From: an uncultured Pseudomonadota bacterium | GTDB taxonomy: Bacteria > Myxococcota_A > Polyangia > Fen-1088 | DNA length: 64,000 nucleotides | Direction: 5' to 3' | Assembly (NCBI GenBank): GCA_963847705.1 | Contig: CAWKBC010000027.1 | Coordinates: forward strand, 608,001-672,000 | Shown: piece by piece, positions 13,406 to 21,838 of the stretch | Layout: each line of letters opens with the position of its first letter | How positions within the stretch are numbered: position 1 is the first letter of the stretch | The notes under the pieces: model-generated | Told to the model about the DNA's origin: nothing | Seen by the model: the letters and a program-made list of their open reading frames with translations, nothing else | Databases searched by the model: none | Made by a program: the position numbers and the translations under genes

Positions 13406-14755
13406 TCAGCTGCGCTTTTCGCGCCGGTAGATGGTCGAGGGATCGACGCCCAGGATCTCGGCTGCCTTCACCTTGTTGCCGCCCACCTGCTTGAGGATGC
13501 CGGCCAGATAGCGGTCCTGGAGCTCCTGGAGCGTCATCGGATTTTGAAGCAGCCGGGGAATCGGATCGGAGGCCGAGGCCGGCCCGAGGGCGCGTTTGAC
13601 GTCCTCCAGGCGCGCGAATGGCTGGGAGGCGGTGACGACCAGGCGCTCGATGAGGTTCTCGAGCTGCCGCACGTTCCCCGGCCAGTCGCAGCTGGCCAGG
13701 AAATCGAGCGCGTCGGGCTCGAAGCCGCCCAGGACCGACCGGGAGGACTTCTCCAGGCTCTGCCGCAGAAAGTGATCGACGAGGCGGGGGATGTCCTCGC
13801 CGCGCTCGCGCAGCGGCGGAACGCGGACCCGGAGCACGTCGAGCCGGAAGAAGAGATCCTCGCGGAACTGGCCGTTCTCCACCAGCGTCGCCAGATCCTT
13901 GTGGGTGGCGGCGATGCACCGGACGTTCACCGTGCGGGTCGCCTCGGCACCGACGGGACGAACCTCTCCGGACTGGAGCACGCGCAGGAGCTTCCCCTGA
14001 AGCGCCAGCGGAAGATCGCCGATCTCGTCCAGGAAGATCGTCCCCTCCTGCGCCTCGACGAACATCCCGCGGCGGCTGGTCGAGGCCCCCGTGAAGGCGC
14101 CCCGCGCGTGGCCAAAGAGCTCGCTCTCCAGCAGGTGCTCAGGCAGCGCGGCGCAGTTCACCGCCACGAAGGCGCGGTCGGCCCGCGGCCCGCTGGTGTG
14201 AATCGCCAGCGCGACCAGCTCCTTCCCCGTGCCGGTCTCGCCGGAGATCAGCACCGACGACGTCGCATCGGCGATCTGGGCGATGAGGGCGCGCAGCTGC
14301 CGCATCGGCAGGCTGTTCCCCAGGAGCTGGCGCGTCGGCGGGTTGGAGCGGAGGGTGCGCCGGAGGAGGGCGTTCTCCCGCGTGAGCGCCCGCTCCCGGC
14401 AGGCGCGCTCGACCAGCGTGCGGAGGGTCTCCAGCGCGAACGGCTTGGTCACGTAGTGGTAGGCCCCCCGTCGCATCGCCTCCACCGCGCTCTCGACGGC
14501 GCCGAAGGCGGTCATGATGATGACCGGCACGTTGGGATCGGCCTCCCGGAGGCCCGCCAGGAGATCGAGGCCGTCGCCCCCCTTCATGCGAAGGTCGGTC
14601 ACCACGACGTCGGTGGGCTCCTTGACGAACTGCTGGAGCGCGCTGGCGCCGTCGGCCGCGACGTCTGTCTCGAACCCGGCGCTGGCGAGATCGTTGGCAA
14701 TGGTCTGGGCCATGTCGAGGACGTCGTCGACCACCAGGGCGCGAAGCTTAGGCAT
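13406..14755 (-). CDS. Sigma54-dependent response regulator (REC-AAA+-Fis HTH)
   Basis: VVDD..VVTDLRM receiver; GETGTGKE; GAFTGA; WPGNVRQLEN; NKVKAAEILG. Confidence 0.95.
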   Translation of the reverse strand: MPKLRALVVDDVLDMAQTIANDLASAGFETDVAADGASALQQFVKEPTDVVVTDLRMKGGDGLDLLAGLREADPNVPVIIMTAFGAVESAVEAMRRGAYHYVTKPFALETLRTLVERACRERALTRENALLRRTLRSNPPTRQLLGNSLPMRQLRALIAQIADATSSVLISGETGTGKELVALAIHTSGPRADRAFVAVNCAALPEHLLESELFGHARGAFTGASTSRRGMFVEAQEGTIFLDEIGDLPLALQGKLLRVLQSGEVRPVGAEATRTVNVRCIAATHKDLATLVENGQFREDLFFRLDVLRVRVPPLRERGEDIPRLVDHFLRQSLEKSSRSVLGGFEPDALDFLASCDWPGNVRQLENLIERLVVTASQPFARLEDVKRALGPASASDPIPRLLQNPMTLQELQDRYLAGILKQVGGNKVKAAEILGVDPSTIYRREKRS

Positions 14756-16463
14756 CCGTTGTTCCCTTCTGGTCCTCGCTCGGGGGGCTGGCCGGCCAGA
14801 GGACCGTCACCGTGGTTCCGTCCGCGGGCGAGCTGCGCAGATCGATCTGGCCGGCGTGGTTGCGGACGATCCCTGCGGTGATCGACAGGCCCAGCCCCGT
14901 CCCTTCGCCGCGCGCCTTGGTGGTGAAGAAGGGATCGAAGACCGCCTTGAGGTGCTCGGGTGCGATGCCACAACCATGATCCAGAACCTCGATGGCCACC
15001 ATGTCGTTCGGCGCTCTGCGGGCCGACAGGGCCACCTGGCTGCCCGGCGGGGAGGCGTCGCAGGCATTGATCAAGAGATTGACCAGGACCTGTTGAAGTT
15101 GCTCCGGATCGGCGGTCAGCATCGGAATGTCCTCGTCGAGCTGGACCTCCAGTCGCAGCCGCCGCGCCTCCAGCTTCACGAGGAGGAGCTCGCGCGTGTG
15201 CTCGACGACCAGCGCCAGCGCCACCGATCTGGTTTCGAACGGGGATCGGCGTGAGAAGTCGAGCAGCTGCCGGATCGTGGAGGAGATCTGATCGACCTGC
15301 TTGATGATGACCCGCAGATCCTCTGCGCTCTGACCGGTTCCGGCCAGCCGCGCGACCTGCTCGGCCCGACCGCGGACCACGGCCAGCGGCGTGCCGACCT
15401 CGTGCGCGATCTCGGTGGCCATGACCCCGACCGTGATGAGGCGATCGGCCCGGACCAGCTGGTTCTCCAGATCGCGCGCCTGGGCCTTGGCCTCGGCGAG
15501 CCGGAGCTGATTCGCCAGCCCGGCCGCGCGCCGTTGCTGGCGGAAGAGGACGGTGCCGACGCCGCCCACCACCACCGCCGCCGCAATGGCCGTGGTGACG
15601 ATCCGCGAGAGCACCGACTGCTCGCGCTTCATGATCGGTTCCGTCGAGGCGATCCAGGTGACGGTCCAGCTGCCCGTCGGTCCGACCACCTTCTCCGAGA
15701 GGCAGAGCGCCTCCGCCGGAAACAGCCCCAACCGCTGGGCCTGGGCCGCGTCGAGGCGGAGCGGTGAACCGGCCGTGACCGACTTCGGGACGTCCTCTGC
15801 GTCGGTGATGCGACACCCGGCGGAAGTTTCACACCCTGACCAAACAACGTCGGACGGGTCGGTGACGAAGAGGCGGCTTCCCTGGAGCTGGGGCCAGGCG
15901 ACGGAGCGGAGCAGCTGCGCCGCCTCGCTCGCCACGACGATGGCGCCGCCGCTGCCGACCGGAGTTGCGTACACCAGAAAGGAGCGGACCCCCAAGCGAA
16001 CCGGCTGGCCCAACGTTTCGGCGCGCGTTTCGGCAGCCTCAATCCCCAGGCGGCGAACCGCCGGCAGCAGGGCCTCCGGCGTGCTCGGCTTCTCGGTCGG
16101 GTCGACCGCCAGGACGTCGAGCGCTCCCTGGCTGTCGACGAGCGCGATGATGCGGTGTTGAGGCACCACCACGGCCAGGGCGCGAAACGCGCTCTCCCAG
16201 ACGCGCCGTTCGGTCCCGGCGTCCAGCTGATGATCGTTCCGCGAGCGCTCGACCAGGTCGGCCAGCATCTGCATGTCCTGATGAACGGAGTCGAGGCGGG
16301 ACAGCGCCTCGGCCGAGGCCTGAACCTGCTTGCGGGTCTCCGCGGTGAAGGCGGACAGGAGGCGCTCTTCCTCGACGGTGGCGTTCGACAGAGACAATCC
16401 GACGATGGCCGACAGGGCCAGAAGAACGATCGCGATGCTCGCAGACGCTCTCAACGCCGTCAT
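14748..16463 (-). CDS. Membrane sensor histidine kinase with extracytoplasmic domain
   Basis: Two TM segments; IAHEVGTPL H-box; NLLINACDA; DHGCGI; FDPFFTTK; GTGLGL; start set at ATG 16463. Confidence 0.9.
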   Translation of the reverse strand: MTALRASASIAIVLLALSAIVGLSLSNATVEEERLLSAFTAETRKQVQASAEALSRLDSVHQDMQMLADLVERSRNDHQLDAGTERRVWESAFRALAVVVPQHRIIALVDSQGALDVLAVDPTEKPSTPEALLPAVRRLGIEAAETRAETLGQPVRLGVRSFLVYATPVGSGGAIVVASEAAQLLRSVAWPQLQGSRLFVTDPSDVVWSGCETSAGCRITDAEDVPKSVTAGSPLRLDAAQAQRLGLFPAEALCLSEKVVGPTGSWTVTWIASTEPIMKREQSVLSRIVTTAIAAAVVVGGVGTVLFRQQRRAAGLANQLRLAEAKAQARDLENQLVRADRLITVGVMATEIAHEVGTPLAVVRGRAEQVARLAGTGQSAEDLRVIIKQVDQISSTIRQLLDFSRRSPFETRSVALALVVEHTRELLLVKLEARRLRLEVQLDEDIPMLTADPEQLQQVLVNLLINACDASPPGSQVALSARRAPNDMVAIEVLDHGCGIAPEHLKAVFDPFFTTKARGEGTGLGLSITAGIVRNHAGQIDLRSSPADGTTVTVLWPASPPSEDQKGTTDA

Positions 16464-16507
16464 CCTAACCGGTTCGATCCGAGGCCGCTCACGGCAGAAT
16501 GCGAAAA

Positions 16508-16530
16508 CGGCTTGGCGTATTGCCAAGCCG
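16508..16530. promoter_or_regulatory. Perfect inverted repeat, candidate enhancer-binding site
   Basis: CGGCTTGGC-GTATT-GCCAAGCCG about 140 bp upstream of the sigma54 motif. Confidence 0.4.
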
Positions 16531-16666
16531 ATCGGCTCAATTGAATCCGAGCGATGCCGACGCGGTTTCCGCCAGGTTTCTGGCCGACATCCACGAGGTG
16601 TCCGGCGTTGGTCGCCACACGGCAAGTGTCCGAAACGACATGTCCCACCCTGCGCGGCGCGGGGTT

Positions 16667-16682
16667 CGGCATCGGCATTGCT
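16667..16682 (+). promoter_or_regulatory. Putative sigma54 -24/-12 promoter of amtB
   Basis: CGGCATC-GGCA-TTGCT has GG-N10-GC spacing and matches TGGCACG-N4-TTGCW. Confidence 0.6.
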
Positions 16683-16735
16683 CAGGGAGGGGCTCGAGTT
16701 CCATCGCTCAACTTTTCGAGAAAGGACTGCACACA

Positions 16736-18498
16736 ATGGGGATGCTCAGGAATCGCCGCTCCCGGAAATCGAAGCCGGTCGTGGATGTCGTGGACGACGA
16801 AGTGAAGCTGACGTGGTCGCAAAAGTATTCGCGCCTCAAACAACGATTGGGGGATCCGGAGTGGCTTCGCTACGGGAGGCTGTTGCTCGCCGGGAAATTC
16901 ATCGGCCTCCTGGTGGTGGCGGCGATCGTCCTGGGCGGTCCTTGTCTCCTCGACATGCTGCGCGGAGGAGCGGTGGCCCACGCCCAGACGGCGGCGGCCG
17001 ATCCCTACGCCGCGGTCAAGCCGGCTGAACACATCAACCCGCTCAACACCGCCTGGGTTCTGCTCGGCGCGTTCCTCGTGTTCGGCATGCAGGCCGGGTT
17101 CACCATGCTCGAGGCGGGCTTCTGTCGCAACCGCGAGACGGTCAACGTGCTGGTCGAGTGCGTGTTCGACACCTGCGTCTGCGGGCTTCTGCACTGGGCC
17201 TGGGGCTTCGCGTTCATGTTCGGCGGCGGCAACGCCTTCATCGGCTGGCACGACCCCGACGACCCCACGAAGAGCTTCATCTTCATGAAGGACGTCGGCG
17301 TGCTGACGGTGTACGGCGCCACGGGCATTCCGGTCTTCGCGCACTACCTGTTCCAGTTCGCCTTCGCCGACTGCGCCTCGACGATCTGCTCGGGCGCCAT
17401 GGTCGGGCCGGACGCGCTTCATCGGCGACGTCATCTACTCGATCGGCGTCTCGGGGTTCATCTACCCGATCTTCGGCCACTGGTGCTGGGGGCCCGACGG
17501 CTTCCTCGCCACGATGGGCACACGGCCGGGCTTCCTCTCGAGGGCCTGGGGATGAACTTCCACGACTTCGCCGGTTCCACCGTCGTGCACTCGATCGGCG
17601 GCTGGGTCGCCATCGCCGGCGCGCATCGTGCTCGGGCCGCGCATCGGTCGCAAGTTCAAGCGCGACGGCGGCGGCCCGATGCTCGCCGCACGATCTCACC
17701 ATCGCGGTCATCGGCGGCCTGATCCTCTGGTTCGGCTGGTACGGCTTCAACCCCTGCTCGACGCTGTCGATCATGGACAACGGCGGCGTCGGCCGGGTGG
17801 CGATGAACACCACGCTGGCCGCCTGCACCGGCGGCCTGGCCGCGGTCCTCCTGGTCTTCTTCATGGTCAAGAAGTGGGACACGGCGGCCCTCGTGAACGG
17901 CTTCCTCGCGGGGCTCGTGGTCGCCATCACCTGCCCCTGCTACTGGGTGAGCGACGTCGGCGCCTGCGTCCTCGGCGCGGTGGCGGGCGTCCTGGTCATC
18001 GGCGGCGATGGAGCTGCTCGAGTACCTGCGCATCGACGACCCCGTGGGCGCTTGGCCGGTTCACGGCGTCTGCGGGATCTGGGGCACGGTGTCGCTGGGC
18101 CTCTTCGCCAGCGGTCAGTACTCCGCGGCGGGCTCGAGCCCCATCGGCGTGCCGACGGTGGTGGCCAAGTCGGCCGACGCGCTCACCGGGCTCTTCTACG
18201 GCGGCGGGTTGGAGGTGCTGGAGGCGCAGTGCATCGGCAGCGCGATCGTCTGCACGGCGACGTTCGTCAGCGCCATGGTCATGTTCAAGCGCTCAACGCC
18301 ATCGGCCTCCTTCGCGTCTCCGCCGAGGGCGAGATGCAGGGGCTCGACATCGACCAGCACGGGACCTCGGCCTATCCCGAGTACGTGATCTCGGCGCTGA
18401 CCGCGCCGCACGGAATGGGACCGGACACCGTCGGCAGCGGCAACCTGGCCCGGGCACCGGAGGCCACCTTGAGCCCGGCCGTGGCCGGGTCGAAGTAA
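16736..18498 (+). pseudogene. amtB: Ammonium transporter AmtB, split by at least 6 frameshifts (pseudogene or assembly errors)
   Basis: MQAGFTMLEAG, FQFAFA, DFAGSTVVH, LWFGWYGFN, IDDPVGAWPVHG..GIWG are spread over three frames. Confidence 0.85.
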
Positions 18499-18626
18499 CG
18501 GAAGTCTCGGCTCTGCCGGCCGTTGCCTGAGGGCGATGGCCGGCGGCCGAAAAGAATGGTTCCCCGGGCGCACGAACCCGGGGGAGCACGCGGCCCAGGA
18601 TGGTCCTCGGTCGTGTTGGGGTGGAC

Positions 18627-18663
18627 GGCGCCCCCGGGCACCCGGGGGCGCCGATCCTTTTTT
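18627..18663 (+). terminator. Rho-independent terminator downstream of amtB
   Basis: GGCGCCCCCGG-GCAC-CCGGGGGCGCC hairpin, followed after a short spacer by TTTTTT. Confidence 0.6.
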
Positions 18664-18687
18664 CAGCCGCTTCGCCGACGAAGAGAC

Positions 18688-19770
18688 CTAGCCGGTGCCG
18701 GACGGGCGCGCGATCTTCAGCTGATCGCGGCGGTTCTGCAGGATCTCGCGCAGGATGATCTGCAGCGTCGCCACCACGGGCACGGCGACGATGGCGCCGA
18801 CGACCCCGGCGATCTCGCCGAGCAGCAGGATCGACAGGGTGGTGACGAGCGGGTTGACGTGGACGGTCCGCCGAAAGACCAGCGGACCGAGCACGTTCCC
18901 CTCGATCTGGCCGTAGATGATGAAGTAGATGCCGGCCGCGATGCCGTGCCAGGTCCCCTTGGTGATGAGGGCGATGAGCGCGATCGTCGTCCCCACCACC
19001 GCGGGTCCGGCGTAGGGGACCATGCTCGACATCCCGGAGAGGATTCCGAGCGGCAGGAAGAAGGGGACGCCGTCGATTGCCAGGAAGGTGGTGGTGAGCG
19101 TGGCGTTGGCGGAGCAGATGAGCGCCAGGCCGCCCAGGTAGCCCCCGATCGACTGGTAGATCTTCCCCAGGACGTCCTCGTAGGCGGCGACGTGCTCGGC
19201 CCGCGCCTCGGCCAGCACGGCGCGCACCAGCCGCTCGCCGAAGATCAGCATGAACACGACCAGCACGGCCACGGTCACCGCGGCGCCCAGGGCGGAGAGC
19301 ACGCCACCGAGCGCGCTCAGGATCGGCGTCGCCGCCCCCTCCAGCAGCTCGGGGAGCTTCTGCTCGGCCAGCGTCACCCGCGCGTCCAGGTGGAGGCGCC
19401 CGTCCAGGCGGTGAAAGAGGCTGCTGCTCCGCGCCTGCCGGACGAACGAGGGGGCGTCGTGGACCAGCTGCCCCCCCTGTTCGACGGCCGGCGGGATGAG
19501 GGTGAAACCGAGCGCCACCACCAATCCCAGCATCGACAGCGAGATGATGGCGATGGCCAGCGAGCGATTGACGCCGCGGTGTTGCAGCATGACGACCGCG
19601 TGGTCGAGCGCCACGGCCAGCATCATCGCGGTGCCGATCAGCGTCAGCGAGACGATCGCGTGCGCGATCCCGTCCACGATCGTCGCCACCAGCAGCACGC
19701 CAAAGCAGACCGTCACGACGGTCTTGAGCGTCACCTGCGAGGGACGGAATTCTGGGCTCGGTTCGGTCAA
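18688..19770 (-). CDS. AI-2E (PerM/UPF0118) family transporter; start uncertain
   Basis: SIGGYLGG, VPYAG, QIEGNVLGPLV, VNPL, GVVGAIVAVP. Confidence 0.85.
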   Translation of the reverse strand: MTEPSPEFRPSQVTLKTVVTVCFGVLLVATIVDGIAHAIVSLTLIGTAMMLAVALDHAVVMLQHRGVNRSLAIAIISLSMLGLVVALGFTLIPPAVEQGGQLVHDAPSFVRQARSSSLFHRLDGRLHLDARVTLAEQKLPELLEGAATPILSALGGVLSALGAAVTVAVLVVFMLIFGERLVRAVLAEARAEHVAAYEDVLGKIYQSIGGYLGGLALICSANATLTTTFLAIDGVPFFLPLGILSGMSSMVPYAGPAVVGTTIALIALITKGTWHGIAAGIYFIIYGQIEGNVLGPLVFRRTVHVNPLVTTLSILLLGEIAGVVGAIVAVPVVATLQIILREILQNRRDQLKIARPSGTG

Positions 19771-19783
19771 TGGTCGCCTCTGT

Positions 19784-21838
19784 TCATCGTGCCCGCCGAT
19801 CCACCTGGGGCGTCGAGTCACCGACACCGTCGATTTCACCAAGGCCGTCCGTTTCACGGCGGCCGTCTTTTTCACCGAGGCCAGCCTGGGCGCGCGCCAG
19901 CTCGGAGAGCACGGCGGCGCGATCCTCGGCCCCCGCGACCAGCGGCTCGCGCGTTCCACTCCGCTGAGCCTCGGCCGATTCGGCCCAGAGGAGCGCCCGC
20001 TGCAGGTGAACGCGTGCCTGGTGGAAGCGTTTGAGCTCGACGTAGGCGCGGCCGACCAGGAAGTTCGTCAGCCCCAGCGCCGGATCGTCGCCCAGGCTCC
20101 GCTCGAGCAGAGCGACCGCCTTGTCGAGCCGGCCGTCTCGCCGGGCGATGGTGGCGAGCCGCGCGATCGGCAGGGCGAAGGCGCCGTTCTGCAGGGCCGC
20201 GTCCTCGTAATAGTGGGCGGCCTCGGCGCTGCGGCCGGCGGCCTCGGCCAGCGCGCCGAGCCGCTCCTGCGGCGCGCCGAATCCGGGCGCGATCGCCCGC
20301 GCCTGCTCGAAGGCGGCGCTGGCCCCGGCTTCGTCGCCGCGGGCCAGGAGTCGTACGCCGCGCAGGTACGGGGCCTGGCAGGAGAGGGGATAGCGCGCCT
20401 CGGCCCGGCCCAGCGCCGCCAGCGCGACCTCGTCGTCGGCCGCCGTCATCCCGATCATGAGCGGCGGAAGGTGGCTCTCGGGGGCCAGACGTTCGGCCTC
20501 CTCGAAGGCCTGGAGGGCTTCATCGATCTGGCCGGCATGCCCGGCCTGGCCGGCGGCGCGCTTCTGCCAGCCGTCAAAGAGCAGCCGATCGACCTTCCCG
20601 GCGCCGAGGGCCAGGTAACGGGAGTCGGGGAACATGCGCGCGGCCTCGGATGGCCTGGTCAGCTCGGGCGGCGGAAACGCGGCGCGCGCGGTGGGGCCGC
20701 CCAGGCGGAGCCCCATCTGCGCGGCGATCGAAAGGTAAAATCCCAGCCGGTGCGCCGCATGGGGCCGCTCCAGCCGTTCCGCGGCTGTGCGGGCGGCGCG
20801 GGCCGGGATGGCCGCGCGCAGCTCCGGCTCGGCGAGCGCTCGTTCGAGCACGGTCTCGAGCTCGACGGTGTCCCGAAACAGGAAGCCGGTCTGACCGGGG
20901 CGCACGACCTCTTGGAAGGGCTCGAGGTCGGCGCAGACGGCCAGCACGCCGTGCGCCGCATACTCGATGAAGCGCACGTCGTCGCGGCAGCGGTTGTAGG
21001 CGGTCGGAGCGAGCGGGGCGATCCCGATGTCGAGCTCGTCGAGAAACCGCTGCGCGCGCTCGAATGCTCCGGCGGGGATGAACGACACCCGGGCGGCGGC
21101 GGGTAGCCCCGCCAGGGCGGCCTCCAGCTCCGGATCGCCCATGATGGCGACGCGCACGTCGGGATGGCGCTCGAGCACGCCGGCCAGCGCCGGGAGCGCC
21201 GGCTCGAGGTCGGCCCGCTCGGCCCGCGTGCCCGCCCACCCGATGACCACCCGATCGGCAGGCCGAGGGGCAGGAGCGACCGGCGCGTCCCAGAGCTGAC
21301 TCGGGAAGATGGCCCGGCGTGGATTGAGCCCAGCGAACTGCGCGTCGAGCGTGGCGGTGGCCAGCTGCAGGCAGTCCGCCTGACGCGCCAGTTGCGGCGG
21401 CAGGCTGCGGGCGGCCAGATCCTCGCCGCCGTTCCCGGGGCCCTCCGAGGCCGGGCGCGCAAAGATGTGACTGCTGATCTCGTAGACGGTGAGCCGGCCG
21501 TTGCGACGGCGGGCCGCGATGACGGGCAGGAGGTCGGGATCGGCGACGTCACGGATCACCAGCACATCGGCGGCCAGCAGGAGGCCGGGCTCACGGGTGC
21601 CGGCCGCCTCGGGTGTGCCCGAGGGTGACGGCGCCTGGGCAAAAAGCGCGGGCGACAGGCTCGATCCGCTGATGACCGTCACGTCGGCCAGCTCGCCGAG
21701 CGCGCGACAAGGCTGGACGGTTCGGTAGACGGCGGCCCCGCAATCGAGCGGCTCGGGCGGCCCGATCTGGACGATGAGCAGCGGCGGGCGTCCGGACGGT
21801 CCGGACGGCTCTGCGGGGGAGGGGGGCGCGACGCTCAC
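19784..21838 (-). CDS. GT-B (GT4-like) glycosyltransferase fused to C-terminal TPR repeats
   Basis: VIGWAG, LDIGIAPL..TAYN.C..VRFIEYAAHG..V..D.EPF..VV..GQTGFL; TPR-like helices follow; GTG start overlaps kinase stop. Confidence 0.75.
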   Translation of the reverse strand: MSVAPPSPAEPSGPSGRPPLLIVQIGPPEPLDCGAAVYRTVQPCRALGELADVTVISGSSLSPALFAQAPSPSGTPEAAGTREPGLLLAADVLVIRDVADPDLLPVIAARRRNGRLTVYEISSHIFARPASEGPGNGGEDLAARSLPPQLARQADCLQLATATLDAQFAGLNPRRAIFPSQLWDAPVAPAPRPADRVVIGWAGTRAERADLEPALPALAGVLERHPDVRVAIMGDPELEAALAGLPAAARVSFIPAGAFERAQRFLDELDIGIAPLAPTAYNRCRDDVRFIEYAAHGVLAVCADLEPFQEVVRPGQTGFLFRDTVELETVLERALAEPELRAAIPARAARTAAERLERPHAAHRLGFYLSIAAQMGLRLGGPTARAAFPPPELTRPSEAARMFPDSRYLALGAGKVDRLLFDGWQKRAAGQAGHAGQIDEALQAFEEAERLAPESHLPPLMIGMTAADDEVALAALGRAEARYPLSCQAPYLRGVRLLARGDEAGASAAFEQARAIAPGFGAPQERLGALAEAAGRSAEAAHYYEDAALQNGAFALPIARLATIARRDGRLDKAVALLERSLGDDPALGLTNFLVGRAYVELKRFHQARVHLQRALLWAESAEAQRSGTREPLVAGAEDRAAVLSELARAQAGLGEKDGRRETDGLGEIDGVGDSTPQVDRRAR

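Noticed and set aside
18499-18626. Possible small RNA downstream of amtB (hairpin TTCCCCGGG..CCCGGGGGA)
   Set aside because: No recognisable family or promoter; hairpins are expected by chance at this GC content
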